Below are positions 43,924 to 54,962 of a stretch of 64,000 nucleotides of DNA, piece by piece. A program made the translations under genes and the position numbers. The notes under the pieces were generated by a model, which did not search any database, was not told where the DNA came from, and was given only the letters and a program-made list of their open reading frames with translations. The stretch's first letter is position 1, and each line of letters begins with the position of its first letter. The DNA lies in assembly GCA_965246895.1 (NCBI GenBank), contig OZ251993.1, forward strand, positions 838,897 to 902,896. The letters run 5' to 3'. The stretch is from Alphaproteobacteria bacterium. GTDB taxonomy: Bacteria > Pseudomonadota > Alphaproteobacteria > JAIXQD01.

Positions 43924-45285
43924 TTAAACGTGCTGCTTGATCCAGTGTTTCAGGCGGGTGGTTAGTGAGGCACCGCTGCCGCCTTTATCTGCGAACATAG
44001 GCTGGCGGGTAAAACCGACGAGGCCCAAGGCTGTCGCGAAGGCGGGAAGGTTCGAGAATTCTTCCATCCCCGGTAGCGGACGCGGCGCGCCATAGCGGAC
44101 AGGGCGGCCGAGGATTTGCTGCGCTAATTCGCGCACACCGGGAAGCTGGCTGGCGCCACCCGTCAATACAAAGCGTTCGGCCGCATTCCCCGCCAGAAAT
44201 GGCGGGCGCGGGGCGGCAGCAATTTTCTGGGCCAGCAGCTCGAACGTTTCTTCGATACGCGGACGAATGATGCGGGCGAGAAAGGCTTTTGGAATTTGTT
44301 GGCCATTGCGCGCCTTCGGCTGGTAAATCCCTTGCCCTTGCGCGTTATCGTCGTCATCAAAGCCATGGTCGAAGCGCTTACTAGTACCGCCATCTTCACC
44401 CAGTTGCGGCACAGTGATAAGGTCATGCTCGTCAAGATGACTGGCCATGGCCTGGCCATGCAGGCACTTGAGCCGTTCGGCATGGCCCAGCGGCGTGCCA
44501 AGCCCGCGAGCAAGGTCGCTCGTCACATGCCCGCCGCCAAGGTTGACGCGATCAGCAAAGATAAAGCGGCCACCTTCGAACATGGCAAAGCCAGTCATGC
44601 CGGCGCCCATATCGATGACAGTCGCGCCTAAGTCCATTTCGTCTGGCGTCAGCACGCCAAGGCCACTGGCATAAGATGATAGCACCAATGCACGGGCTTC
44701 GATCTGGCAGTCGGTCAGCACACCCAACAAGGTTTTTACGGGACCAGTGGCTGCGGCGATCAGGTGTGTGGTGATGGCTAACTTATCGCCAACCAAACCA
44801 CGAGGATCGGTAATTGAATGATCGTTATCGAGCGCATAACCGATTGGCAGCGCATGCGCGAGAATTTGGGATGGGTCGGGCAGAGCGCGACGCGCTTCGA
44901 TCAGTGCGCGTTGTAGGTCGGAATCCGTGACAGCGCGACCTGCAAGCTGCGTTTCGGCGGTGATGTGATAGCTGCTGGGCTGGCCTGCAGAGAGATTGAC
45001 CAGCAGACGCTCGACCGGCATGCCAGCCATATGTTCGGTGCCTTGAATAGCCTGACGGATGACGCGGCAGACGGCATCGATATCGACAATATTGCCGCCC
45101 TTGATACCCGCGCTTGCATGATACGCATAGCCGCGCAGTTGCAGTTCGCCATCCATGGTGGGGGCGGCCAAGAGACAGGCGATTTTATCCGACCCAATAT
45201 CGAGCACGGCCAGCGGCGACTTGCGCGGGTCAATCGCCTTTAGCTGTGTTTTTAGATGGTGGGTTGGCATACGCTTGGTGGCCAT
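43924..45285 (-). CDS. ftsA: Cell division protein FtsA
   Basis: 453 aa, actin-like ATPase (LDIGSDKIA...). Conserved position upstream of ftsZ. Confidence 0.9.
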   Translation of the reverse strand: MATKRMPTHHLKTQLKAIDPRKSPLAVLDIGSDKIACLLAAPTMDGELQLRGYAYHASAGIKGGNIVDIDAVCRVIRQAIQGTEHMAGMPVERLLVNLSAGQPSSYHITAETQLAGRAVTDSDLQRALIEARRALPDPSQILAHALPIGYALDNDHSITDPRGLVGDKLAITTHLIAAATGPVKTLLGVLTDCQIEARALVLSSYASGLGVLTPDEMDLGATVIDMGAGMTGFAMFEGGRFIFADRVNLGGGHVTSDLARGLGTPLGHAERLKCLHGQAMASHLDEHDLITVPQLGEDGGTSKRFDHGFDDDDNAQGQGIYQPKARNGQQIPKAFLARIIRPRIEETFELLAQKIAAAPRPPFLAGNAAERFVLTGGASQLPGVRELAQQILGRPVRYGAPRPLPGMEEFSNLPAFATALGLVGFTRQPMFADKGGSGASLTTRLKHWIKQHV

Positions 45286-46232
45286 TAGTCATCAGCCTTT
45301 GCATGGCCAACGGCTTTGGGCGTACTTTTGGCAGCTGGTTTGGCAGATTTCGAACTCACGCCAGTAGCGTCGGCTGAGGCGGCGCTTTCGTCAAGTTTGC
45401 CGTCGGCAGCCGTTTCATCAAGTGTAATGCGGTCGGGTAGGCGCGCATCAACGACGTGCACGCCGCGATTGGCAAGATCACTCGTGCGCCACAGATCGGT
45501 CAGCCGCTGCAGAGCAACGGCTGGGGCCAATTCAGGCAAGCGGAAGGTAATGATCTGTCCGTCCTTGCCGGCCAAACGCAGATCCCAGCGGCGGTCGCTA
45601 ATGCGAATGGCAGCGCGCAGCTGTGTGGCAAAAGGCGTAGCAGAAATTTCTGTTAGAATCTCAGCGGCATGGGTATTGGCATTTTCTCCTACTACGAGCG
45701 GTAAGTTTGGAAAGCGCGCTAAAAGATCAGCGCTTTCTGAAAGGATAACGCCTTTGCGATCAATCAACATCATTTGCTTATTATACTGCCAGCGGGCATA
45801 AGGCGTGCGTTCCGTAATATCAACATAAAGAATATTTGGCAGGTGACGCTCGATCCGCGCGCGCTCAACCCAAGGGATTGCTAATAGCTGGTGATGCGCA
45901 TCTTCAAGATTAACTTTCAAGATTGGATCGCCACGTTGCACGTTCAGAGCATTGCTGATTTCTTCCGGCGGCACTTCATGACGACCGGTGATGAAAATCT
46001 CCTCGACCTTCAAGCCAAGCGCGAGTGAAATATCATAGAAATTGCGGCGGCTGCTATCGAGCGCTGCACTGACGATGCCACTGGATAAAATGAGGGCCAG
46101 CAAGGCAATGCCTCCTAGTGCCAAGATCGCCGGTGCCGGTCGTCGATACCAAGCAGGCGATGGCGGTCGCACAGCCACGCGCAGAGTCGGCTTGCGGCGG
46201 CGGTTCGTTGAAGTGGCTTTACGGGCTGGCAT
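45285..46232 (-). CDS. ftsQ: Cell division protein FtsQ
   Basis: 315 aa with basic N-terminus, single TM segment, and POTRA/FtsQ domain. Lies upstream of ftsA. Confidence 0.8.
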   Translation of the reverse strand: MPARKATSTNRRRKPTLRVAVRPPSPAWYRRPAPAILALGGIALLALILSSGIVSAALDSSRRNFYDISLALGLKVEEIFITGRHEVPPEEISNALNVQRGDPILKVNLEDAHHQLLAIPWVERARIERHLPNILYVDITERTPYARWQYNKQMMLIDRKGVILSESADLLARFPNLPLVVGENANTHAAEILTEISATPFATQLRAAIRISDRRWDLRLAGKDGQIITFRLPELAPAVALQRLTDLWRTSDLANRGVHVVDARLPDRITLDETAADGKLDESAASADATGVSSKSAKPAAKSTPKAVGHAKADD

Positions 46233-46327
46233 AACCGAGGAAGATTAATGGTGGTTGCTCTAATCGCCAAGGGGTGGTTAACAGGCTAAACGCTTATAAA
46301 TAAAGCTGTGTCAGGGTCGCCACGGCC

Positions 46328-47137
46328 TCAAAAAGGCAGAGTCCGCAAGTCTTCGTACTGTGTTGGGTGGCAAAGTAGATAGCGCCCGCGGATCAGCCAG
46401 TTTTCGTCGAAGCACGATAGATCAAGGCTTTCCAGCGCCCCGCCATCATCGATATTGCGGAATGTCAGACCCAATAGCGGTGCCAGCGGCAGGATCGCTG
46501 CTACATCCCAAAGCTTCGTATTGTTTAGGAAGGAAGCAGCACTGCGACCCAGCAAGGTATAGGCAGCAAACAATGCCGCTGCATAGAAATCGCACAAGGC
46601 TGCGCGACCGAACGTATAATTATCGTTCCAAGGCGCTAGCACAATCGATTGGCGATGCAGGGGCTTTACTGGCAATTGTGCAAGCTCCGTCGGCATTGTA
46701 TCGCGCTTCTGTAGATAGGCAGCAGTGCCATCTGTGTAAAGTAATTCACCCAAAGCAGGCAGATTAATCGCGCTGATGGCAGGCTTGCCGTCAATAAATA
46801 GGCTAAGCAAGATTCCCCAAAGCGGCATGCCGACTGAGTATGGCGTGGTGCCATCGATAGGATCCAGCACCCACACGTATTTTGTCTTTTCAATTGTTTC
46901 ACGCACCTGGCTAAGTGGAGCGATAAATTCCTCGTCAATCAAAAAGTGATCGCTAGCATTAGGCAGGGCCGCTAGCCGTTCGGCAAACATGCGGCTGATA
47001 GCGAGATCAGTTTCTGTGACAATCGAATAATCGTCTTTGAAAGATTGTGTAATCTTATCCTGCGCTGCGAGCGCATAGGCGCCTGCTTCGCGGATGAACG
47101 CGATCATGAGGGTAACGCATGGTTCAGGAATTCGCAT
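46328..47137 (-). CDS. Inositol monophosphatase-family phosphatase (SuhB/CysQ/HisN-like)
   Basis: WVLDPIDGT metal-binding motif. Occupies the slot where murB-ddl normally sit. Confidence 0.7.
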   Translation of the reverse strand: MRIPEPCVTLMIAFIREAGAYALAAQDKITQSFKDDYSIVTETDLAISRMFAERLAALPNASDHFLIDEEFIAPLSQVRETIEKTKYVWVLDPIDGTTPYSVGMPLWGILLSLFIDGKPAISAINLPALGELLYTDGTAAYLQKRDTMPTELAQLPVKPLHRQSIVLAPWNDNYTFGRAALCDFYAAALFAAYTLLGRSAASFLNNTKLWDVAAILPLAPLLGLTFRNIDDGGALESLDLSCFDENWLIRGRYLLCHPTQYEDLRTLPF

Positions 47138-47141
47138 ACTA

Positions 47142-48569
47142 TTAGCTGGCTTTCATTACGAGTCCGGCCAACTGGCCGGGCAGGGTCGCAGCCCACTTTG
47201 TAATATCGCCTGCACCGAGACAGATAACAAGATCGCCCGGTTGCGTGAGGCTAGCAACGAGAGCGGGTAGAGTCGCAGGACTTTCCAGCAAATGCACATC
47301 GCGGTGACCGCGGGCAATAATGCCTTCGGCAAGATTTTGTTTATCAATACCTGCGATCGGCTGTTCACCCGCCGCATATACATCGGCGACAATCACCGTA
47401 TCGGCATCGTTGAAGCAAGTGCAAAACGACTCGAACAGATTTTCAAGGCGCGAATAGCGATGCGGCTGCACGAGGGCGATGACGCGCCCATGACTTGGCT
47501 CGACAGCAGCGCGAGCGGCTTTCAGAACCGCGGCGATCTCGACCGGGTGATGACCATAATCGTCGACAATTGTGACGCCGTTTGTGATGCCGGTGACGGT
47601 GAAACGACGCTTAACGCCAGCAAATTTTGCCAAGCCTTGACGAATGACATCTTCTGAAATCTGGAGCATGTGCGCGACGGCAACGGCGGCCAGTGCGTTC
47701 TGTACGTTGTGATGCCCGAACATGGGCAGAAACAGATTGTTCCATTCCAAGGTATTACCAGTTTCGTAATCGGTGACAGCGATATCGAAACTGCATCCAC
47801 CAGGCTGACTCGTGATGTTAATACCGCGGATATCGGCTTGCGGCGAAAATCCGTAAGTAACAATACGCTTGTCAATCACCTGTGCGGCTAAATTTTGTAC
47901 CTCAGTATGATCGGCGCAGAGAACGGCAAAACCATAGAATGGAATACCTTCGACGAAGCGATGATAAGCTTCGCGTACGCGGTCGAACGTACCGTAATGC
48001 TCCATATGCTCGGGATCGATATTGGTGACGATGGCAACCGTGGCGGGCAGCTTATTGAAGCTGCCATCGCTCTCGTCGCTCTCCACGACAATCCAATCAC
48101 CCTGGCCAAGCCGGGCATTAGTGCCGTAAGCGTTGATGACACCGCCATTGACGACGGTAGGATCGAGCTCTGCGGCTTCGAGCAAACAGGCAACCATCGA
48201 GGTTGTTGTCGTTTTGCCATGTGTGCCGGCAACCGCCACTGACCATTTAAGCCGCATCAGTTCAGCGAGCATCTCGGCCCGGCGAACAATGGGGAGGCGG
48301 GCTGCACGCGCGGCGACAAGCTCTGGATTGTCGGGCTTGATCGCTGAAGAAATGATGACAAGATCGGCATCCGTCACATTTTTAGCGGCTTGGCCGATGG
48401 TCACGGGGATGCCGAGTGCGCGTAGGCGGGCGACGTTATAATTATCGATAACGTCTGAGCCTTGTATTTTATAACCGAGGTTATGCAAAATCTCGGCAAT
48501 CCCACTCATACCGATACCGCCAATGCCGACAAAGTGTAGCTGTCCGATTGTGGGTGATAAATGGCGCAT
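47142..48569 (-). CDS. murC: UDP-N-acetylmuramate--L-alanine ligase
   Basis: [14 protein letters not shown]-loop and Mur ligase architecture. Confidence 0.9.
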   Translation of the reverse strand: MRHLSPTIGQLHFVGIGGIGMSGIAEILHNLGYKIQGSDVIDNYNVARLRALGIPVTIGQAAKNVTDADLVIISSAIKPDNPELVAARAARLPIVRRAEMLAELMRLKWSVAVAGTHGKTTTTSMVACLLEAAELDPTVVNGGVINAYGTNARLGQGDWIVVESDESDGSFNKLPATVAIVTNIDPEHMEHYGTFDRVREAYHRFVEGIPFYGFAVLCADHTEVQNLAAQVIDKRIVTYGFSPQADIRGINITSQPGGCSFDIAVTDYETGNTLEWNNLFLPMFGHHNVQNALAAVAVAHMLQISEDVIRQGLAKFAGVKRRFTVTGITNGVTIVDDYGHHPVEIAAVLKAARAAVEPSHGRVIALVQPHRYSRLENLFESFCTCFNDADTVIVADVYAAGEQPIAGIDKQNLAEGIIARGHRDVHLLESPATLPALVASLTQPGDLVICLGAGDITKWAATLPGQLAGLVMKAS

Positions 48570-48575
48570 ACAGTC

Positions 48576-49667
48576 TTATAGAGTTTGCTCAACCAAATCA
48601 GCAAGCCTAATGGCTGCATGCGGCTGGCCGAGGGCATGCGCGGCGGCGGCGGCGGCGCTTAGCCGTTCCGGATTTTGTAGTAGCTGGTTAAGACGCTGGG
48701 CAAGGCTATCTGGCGTCAACCATTCCTGCGGCACGTACCAGCCAGTGCCGGCTTTTTCGAAAGCTTCGGCATTGCGGCGTTGCTCGTCCATGGAGCCGCC
48801 TTTGGGGATCGGCACGAAAATCGCCGGACGGCCAACCACTAACAATTCCGCGGCCGTACTGGCACCCGCGCGGCAGATAACGAGCTGCGTTTTCGCTAGG
48901 CGTTCGGCCATATCGGTGAAGAAGGGCGCAACCGAGGCTGTGATGCCAGCGGCTTCAAGGCGGGCTGTTATCGCTTCCGCGTCTGCACCGTTATATTGCA
49001 GCGAGAGGCGGATACGGCGGCGTAACTGGTCAGGTAACAACAGCAGGGCGGGTGGCACGACTTCGCCGAAGATGCTGGCGCTTTGGCTGCCGCCGACAAC
49101 GAGAATGCGGATTGGATCAGTTGCATTCGGCGCCATGTACGGCTGCATGCGACTGGCGATAATAGCCGAGCGGACGGGATTGCCGGTCTCGATCACCTTG
49201 TCGTGCGGCAGCGATTCCGCGCCCGATATCATGCGGAAGGAAATCGCTAGTTTGCTGGCGATGGGCAACAGCTTGCTGTTAGCCAGGCTGACCTTAGTTG
49301 CTTGTTCATGAATAATAAGCGGGCGGCGAAGGCTCCAGCATCCAAGTGCAGGTGCGAATGATGGATAACCACCAAAGGCAACAAGGCAAACGGCGCGGCG
49401 ACGCTGCATATGGCGGCGCGCCTGCCAAGCGGCTTTGAGGATGATCTTTACTGTTTCAAGCTTCCCTTTTAGACCGGGTAAAACAGGCGTAGCGGGCAGC
49501 GTGACCAATTCGACGTCATGCAGCTTGCCAGCATATTTTTCGCCGCGATTATCAGTATAGATCACGACGCGATGTCCGCGAGATGTGAGTTCACGCGCCA
49601 ATGCTTCGGCTGGGAAAAAATGGCCGCCGGAACCGCCAGCTGCCAGCGCGATTGTTTGCGTTTTCAT
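48576..49667 (-). CDS. murG: Undecaprenyl-PP-MurNAc-pentapeptide-UDPGlcNAc GlcNAc transferase
   Basis: GGSGGHFFPAEAL N-terminal motif, GT28 family. Confidence 0.9.
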   Translation of the reverse strand: MKTQTIALAAGGSGGHFFPAEALARELTSRGHRVVIYTDNRGEKYAGKLHDVELVTLPATPVLPGLKGKLETVKIILKAAWQARRHMQRRRAVCLVAFGGYPSFAPALGCWSLRRPLIIHEQATKVSLANSKLLPIASKLAISFRMISGAESLPHDKVIETGNPVRSAIIASRMQPYMAPNATDPIRILVVGGSQSASIFGEVVPPALLLLPDQLRRRIRLSLQYNGADAEAITARLEAAGITASVAPFFTDMAERLAKTQLVICRAGASTAAELLVVGRPAIFVPIPKGGSMDEQRRNAEAFEKAGTGWYVPQEWLTPDSLAQRLNQLLQNPERLSAAAAAAHALGQPHAAIRLADLVEQTL

Positions 49668-50854
49668 CGGCTGCTGACAGTCGTCACAGGCCGGGTGGTG
49701 CTGCGCCGCGTAAGTGCCAAAACGAAGCCCATGCCGAGTGCGAGCGCAATAAGAGAGGAGCCGCCGTATGAGACAAAGGGCAGGGTCATGCCTTTAGTGG
49801 GGATCAAGTGTAAGGAGGACGCCATATTGATGGCTGCCTGCAGGCCGAACTGCGCCATCAGGCCTGAGACTGCGAGCAGCACGAACAGATCGCGCTGCTG
49901 AGCTGCACGCCAAAATCCGCGCAGCACGACAACGAGAAACAGGCCAAGCAGCACGCTTGACCAAACGAGGCCTAATTCTTCACCAGACACAGAGAAGATG
50001 AAGTCGGCATGCGCATCAGGCAATGCACGCTTAACAATACCTTGGCCTGGGCCGGTACCGAGCCAGCCGCCGTTGTTGAAAGCATCGAGCGAGCGGTCGA
50101 TTTGATAGGTATCGCCCGCGGCAGGATTCATAAACCGGTCGATCCGGCTGGAGACATGCGGAAATACCAAGTATGCGCCGCCGAGTCCCACTACGCCTAA
50201 TATGCCAAGGCCTGCGACAATTATAAGAGGGATACCTGCAAGAAACAGCTGGCAGAACCAGATGGCAGTGACAACAATGGTCATGCCCAGATCAGGTTGC
50301 AGCAGGAGTACCGCGACGCAAATAAAATAGAGGCCGGTCGAGATTAACTTGCCAGGAAATTTTGCCTCGTCATAAGCCTTGGCAAAGAGCCAAGCAGAGA
50401 CGACAGCGAATACCGGCTTCAAAAACTCAGATGGTTGTATATTGAGGCCAGGCAAATGGATCCAGCGCGCTGCGCCTTTGATCTGCGAGCCAGCGATAAG
50501 AGTTGCAAAGGTGAGGGCTAGAAAAACTGGTAAAAGCGCCAATGCGCAAAGCCGCACCTGCCGCGGCGATAGCCAAGAGACGATGTAGATGATCCCAAGG
50601 CTAGGAATTAGCAGCGCGATATGATGATAAACGAAATAAAAACGATCAAGACCAATACGGGTTGCAACCGCCGGACTTGCGGCAAAAATTAGTAGAATGC
50701 CGAACAGTAGGATCGCAATCAGCGCACCAAGAATAACGCGATCCACCCCCTGCCACCAATCGGCAAAGCTACCAATCGGATTGCGTGTGTTGCGACTCTG
50801 CACACCAGCTGGCAAGGCACCCGGTAAAAACCCACGAAGATTATCGCTGCGCAT
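49664..50854 (-). CDS. ftsW: Peptidoglycan glycosyltransferase FtsW (SEDS family)
   Basis: 396 aa polytopic membrane protein with SEDS family pattern. Lies between murD and murG. Confidence 0.9.
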   Translation of the reverse strand: MRSDNLRGFLPGALPAGVQSRNTRNPIGSFADWWQGVDRVILGALIAILLFGILLIFAASPAVATRIGLDRFYFVYHHIALLIPSLGIIYIVSWLSPRQVRLCALALLPVFLALTFATLIAGSQIKGAARWIHLPGLNIQPSEFLKPVFAVVSAWLFAKAYDEAKFPGKLISTGLYFICVAVLLLQPDLGMTIVVTAIWFCQLFLAGIPLIIVAGLGILGVVGLGGAYLVFPHVSSRIDRFMNPAAGDTYQIDRSLDAFNNGGWLGTGPGQGIVKRALPDAHADFIFSVSGEELGLVWSSVLLGLFLVVVLRGFWRAAQQRDLFVLLAVSGLMAQFGLQAAINMASSLHLIPTKGMTLPFVSYGGSSLIALALGMGFVLALTRRSTTRPVTTVSSR

Positions 50855-52212
50855 CAGCCTGCGGCTCCAACCTCAAGCGCGCGGACGGCGTTGCGGAACA
50901 ATTCGCCCCGCTTTTCAAAATTCGGGAATTGATCGAAGCTGCTACAAGCGGGGGAGAGCAGCACCACTGCGTGATCAAGGTCTTCTTCCTTTGCCATGAC
51001 GGCCGCATGCTTGACGGCGCGATCAAGGGTTTCGTCGATCGTATATGTAACGCCCTGCTTATCGAGCCAGGTGGCCATATCATTGGCTGCCTCACCAATC
51101 AAAAACGCATGGCGGACAGGTTTCAGATAACCATCAAGCGCGCTGTAATCACTGGTTTTGGCGCGGCCGCCGGCAATCCAATAAATTGGATCGTAACAGA
51201 CGAGGGCTTTTTGCACGGCGCCGATGTTTGTTGCCTTGCTGTCGTTAATAAAGCGGATGTCATCAATTGTATCGACCAATTCCTGCCTGTGCGATAGGCC
51301 AGGGAAACTGCGAATGGCTGCGATAATGGCTTCGCTTTGTAAGCCACTCGCGTGACAGGCGGCATAAGCGGCGGCGATGTTCTGTGCGTTATGAGCGCCA
51401 GGCAGCGTTATAATATTGTCGATTTGCGCAACGTTTTTGCCTTCGACATAGAGCATGCCATCACTAACCGAAATCCCAGCATCGAATTTCTGCATGGCAC
51501 TAATTGAAATAACTGTGCCTGGCAGGGTTCCTGCAAGCTTTGAACTGGCGGCATCATCGATGCCGATGATAGATGTTTTCGCGCCTTCAAAAATACGCCC
51601 TTTGGCTGCGATATAGCCGTCTATGCCGTTATGGCGATCAAGATGATCGGGCGTAATGTTGAGTAATACGGCTACGTCGAAATTGAAGGATGGGAGTAAG
51701 TCTAGTTGATAACTAGACAGCTCCAACACATAAGTGCCATCGCTATTCATCGGCGGTAGCGTTAAAGCAGCCTGCCCAAGATTGCCGCCAACCGCATTTT
51801 TTTTGCCGCATTGGTTGAGAATATGCGCGACCAATGCTGTTGTCGTCGATTTGCCGTTGGTGCCTGTGATGGCAATCGTTTTGGCGTTCGGCTGGGCCTG
51901 GAGCAGCAATTCGATATCGCTTGCAATCGGAATGCCGGCGTCTTTAAATCGCGCAACGATAGGGTGTGGCTTTGGATATTGCGTCGCGATTCCCGGTGAG
52001 AGCACCAGTGTATCGATACCTTTAAGATCGGCAGTTGCAAGATCTGCCAAAGTCAGCCCGGCAGTTACAGCTTCCTCGCGAACGGATTCTTGTTCATCCC
52101 AAGCTATTACTTTGGCACCGGCGGCGATTAGCGCCTGGCTTACAGAAATACCGGTTATCCCTAAAGCGAAAACTGCATATGTTTTATTGCGGACGAAGGG
52201 TAAATCTAGCAT
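50854..52212 (-). CDS. murD: UDP-N-acetylmuramoylalanine--D-glutamate ligase
   Basis: GTNGKSTT P-loop and Mur ligase architecture. Confidence 0.9.
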   Translation of the reverse strand: MLDLPFVRNKTYAVFALGITGISVSQALIAAGAKVIAWDEQESVREEAVTAGLTLADLATADLKGIDTLVLSPGIATQYPKPHPIVARFKDAGIPIASDIELLLQAQPNAKTIAITGTNGKSTTTALVAHILNQCGKKNAVGGNLGQAALTLPPMNSDGTYVLELSSYQLDLLPSFNFDVAVLLNITPDHLDRHNGIDGYIAAKGRIFEGAKTSIIGIDDAASSKLAGTLPGTVISISAMQKFDAGISVSDGMLYVEGKNVAQIDNIITLPGAHNAQNIAAAYAACHASGLQSEAIIAAIRSFPGLSHRQELVDTIDDIRFINDSKATNIGAVQKALVCYDPIYWIAGGRAKTSDYSALDGYLKPVRHAFLIGEAANDMATWLDKQGVTYTIDETLDRAVKHAAVMAKEEDLDHAVVLLSPACSSFDQFPNFEKRGELFRNAVRALEVGAAG

Positions 52213-52218
52213 GAGCGA

Positions 52219-53310
52219 CTACCTTAGTTTGAGGGTAGATAAGCCTACCAAGGCAAGGATGAAAGCGATAATCCAAAAACGGATCACAACTGTTGATTCC
52301 GACCAGCCTAATTTTTCAAAGTGATGATGCAAAGGCGCCATGCGGAACAGCCGTTTGCCTTTGGTGGCCTTAAAATAACCGACCTGCAAAATGACTGAAA
52401 CGGTTTCTGCAACAAACAGGCCGCCAATAATGAAAAGGACTAATTCGTGCTTAACAGCAACTGCAATGGCTCCAATCGCGCCACCTAACGCAAGCGAGCC
52501 AGTATCACCCATAAAGACTTCCGCTGGAGGTGCATTATGCCAAAGAAAGCCAAGGCAAGCGCCGACTAAAGCGCCACAGAAAATCGTCAGTTCGCCCGTG
52601 CCGGGTACATGGTTGATGCCAAGATAATTAGCGAAGACGACGTTTCCTGCAAGATATGCAATGACACCGAAGCTGCCTGCCGCTAAAGCAATCGGCACAG
52701 TTGCCAGACCATCAAGACCGTCGGTGATATTGACGGCATTCGCAGCCCCAGAAATGACAAGCGCTGCAAAAGGAATGAAAAAAAATCCTAGCGGCAATAG
52801 CACATTATTCAGGAACGGAATGGCCAAGCTGTTTGGTTCTGGATAGGTGGAATGCGTGATTATGAAGTAAACGGCGATGGCAGAAATAATGAGCTCCCCG
52901 CCAAGCCGCACGCGTCCGGAGACACCTTTGTTATTCACCTTGCGGGTCAACTTCATATAATCATCGGCAAAGCCGATGACGCCGAAACCGAGCGTTACGG
53001 CCAATACCGTCCAAACATAAAGATTTGTGAGATCGGCCCACAGCAGTGTTGAGATTGTGACGGAGATCAGCATCATCAAGCCGCCCATGGTAGGCGTACC
53101 TTTTTTCTTCCCGTGCGAATCTGCTAAATATTCAAGGATCGGCTGGCCCTCGGCTTGCTTCGATTTAAGCCAGCGGATGATAGGCGGGGCGATCACAAAA
53201 CAGATCACCATGGCGGTTAGCGTTGCGGCACCGGCCCGGAAGGTCAGGTACCGGAACAGATTGAAAAAGATAAACTGATCGGCATAGGGTGCCAGCAGAT
53301 TATAAAGCAT
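52219..53310 (-). CDS. mraY: Phospho-N-acetylmuramoyl-pentapeptide transferase
   Basis: 363 aa polytopic membrane protein with MraY conserved blocks ([13 protein letters not shown]). Confidence 0.95.
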   Translation of the reverse strand: MLYNLLAPYADQFIFFNLFRYLTFRAGAATLTAMVICFVIAPPIIRWLKSKQAEGQPILEYLADSHGKKKGTPTMGGLMMLISVTISTLLWADLTNLYVWTVLAVTLGFGVIGFADDYMKLTRKVNNKGVSGRVRLGGELIISAIAVYFIITHSTYPEPNSLAIPFLNNVLLPLGFFFIPFAALVISGAANAVNITDGLDGLATVPIALAAGSFGVIAYLAGNVVFANYLGINHVPGTGELTIFCGALVGACLGFLWHNAPPAEVFMGDTGSLALGGAIGAIAVAVKHELVLFIIGGLFVAETVSVILQVGYFKATKGKRLFRMAPLHHHFEKLGWSESTVVIRFWIIAFILALVGLSTLKLR

Positions 53311-53348
53311 GCCACATCATACCTAGCTAAAATGCGCTGGCTAGGGGC

Positions 53349-54962
53349 CTAGGCGGCAGTTTCCAAGCACCATCTAGCCACGTCGGCGTCGTCGAATGGC
53401 ACGGTTTCAGTGCCAATGATTTGCCCTTGTTCATGGCCTTTGCCAGCGATTACCAGCAAATCGTCTGTTTGCAGTTCAGAGATAGCGCTTTGAATGGCGC
53501 GGGCGCGATCGGCAATTTCAATAGAACCAGGTGCTGCGGCCATAATCATCGACCGGATAATAATCGGCACTTCTGTACGCGGATTATCGTCGGTCACGAT
53601 GACGCGATCGGCAAGACGGCTAGCGATCTCACCCATTAGAGGCCGCTTGCCGGGATCGCGATCACCGCCGCAGCCGAAAACTACAATAAGCCGGCCCTTT
53701 GTGTGCGGTCGCAAAGCTTTCAAGACAGTTTCGAGCCCATCTGGCGTATGGGCATAATCGATATACACAGGTGCACCGCTAGCGGCTGAACCAATACGCT
53801 CCAACCGCCCGCGGACGGGCGATAGTCGCGATAGATTTTCGAGTGTATGCCCTGTGCCGCCGCCGGTAGCGATAACGAGCGCTGCGGCGCAAAGGGCGTT
53901 CAAAGCTTGAAATGTGCCGATCAAGGGTAGTGACACATCAAAGCTTGCGCCATCGGCTTCGACTGTAAGGCGCTGGCCGTCAGGTAGTTTCTCGCTTGCA
54001 ACCAGATGCAACGTTTCGCCATTTTCCCCATAGCTGACGACGTGCAGACCGGCCGCTTCAGCGGCCGCCTTCAGGGCTGAATAAGCGGGGTCGTCGGCAT
54101 TCAACACTGCAGATGCACCACGCGGCAGTAATTCAGAAAACAGCCGGGTCTTGGCAGCCTGGTATGCGTCTGCTGTCGGATGATAATCCAGATGATCGCG
54201 GGTGAGATTGGTGAAGGCCGCAGCCTGCAATTTCACGCCGTCTAGCCGGAACTGGTCAAGAGCATGGCTGGAAGCTTCCAGCGCCAGATGCGTGACGTTA
54301 TTTTCAGCCAGCATAGCAAGATCGCGATGCAGGCTGACGGTATCGGGCGTAGTTAGCATGCTGGTCTGGGTCAAGTTCGGCGCCATCAATCCCAGTGTGC
54401 CGAGGCTGGCCGCTTTATGGACAGTCATCGCCCATAATTCGCGTGTGAATTGCGCGACCGACGTTTTGCCGTTCGTCCCCGTGATAGCAATAATCGTGCG
54501 CGGTTGCCGTTCATAGAATTTGGCGCAGATTTCTGCAAAGCGACGGCGCGGATCAGGATCAGTGACAAGCGCGACGTGCGCGCTGTCTGTATTCGTGGTC
54601 AACTCGGTGCCAAGCGGCGCTAAAATAGCGCTGGCACCAGCAGCGATGGCAGCAGCAATATATTGGCGGCCATCAGTTTTGTTGCCGGGTAAGGCTGCGA
54701 AGAGATTGCCGGGAGCGACAAGGCCGGAATGAAGCGCGACGCCAGTAATTACAGGGTCGAGATGCGTTTGCGCGCGGGCACTAACGGCGCAGCTGGGTGG
54801 CAGCAGCTGGAAGAGATGGCATTGCGGCTTCATCAGTATTGCCATCCATAACGCTATTAAGCGAATAGGCAATAGGCTGTGCGAATGGTTGTGCTGGAGC
54901 CTCGCGATTGAACGGCTGTGGTGCTGGCTGCTGAGGCGCGACTGGATCATCCTCAGCCTCAA
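53349..54962 (-). CDS. murE: UDP-MurNAc-L-Ala-D-Glu--2,6-diaminopimelate ligase. The ORF-track start at 54962 is probably over-extended; the likely true start is Met-44 (MKPQ...) at 54833.
   Basis: TGTNGKTS P-loop. The Met-44 start (54833) is preceded by GGATGG. The ORF-track start would overlap ftsI by 180 nt. Confidence 0.9.
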   Translation of the reverse strand: MRLRMIQSRLSSQHHSRSIARLQHNHSHSLLPIRLIALWMAILMKPQCHLFQLLPPSCAVSARAQTHLDPVITGVALHSGLVAPGNLFAALPGNKTDGRQYIAAAIAAGASAILAPLGTELTTNTDSAHVALVTDPDPRRRFAEICAKFYERQPRTIIAITGTNGKTSVAQFTRELWAMTVHKAASLGTLGLMAPNLTQTSMLTTPDTVSLHRDLAMLAENNVTHLALEASSHALDQFRLDGVKLQAAAFTNLTRDHLDYHPTADAYQAAKTRLFSELLPRGASAVLNADDPAYSALKAAAEAAGLHVVSYGENGETLHLVASEKLPDGQRLTVEADGASFDVSLPLIGTFQALNALCAAALVIATGGGTGHTLENLSRLSPVRGRLERIGSAASGAPVYIDYAHTPDGLETVLKALRPHTKGRLIVVFGCGGDRDPGKRPLMGEIASRLADRVIVTDDNPRTEVPIIIRSMIMAAAPGSIEIADRARAIQSAISELQTDDLLVIAGKGHEQGQIIGTETVPFDDADVARWCLETAA

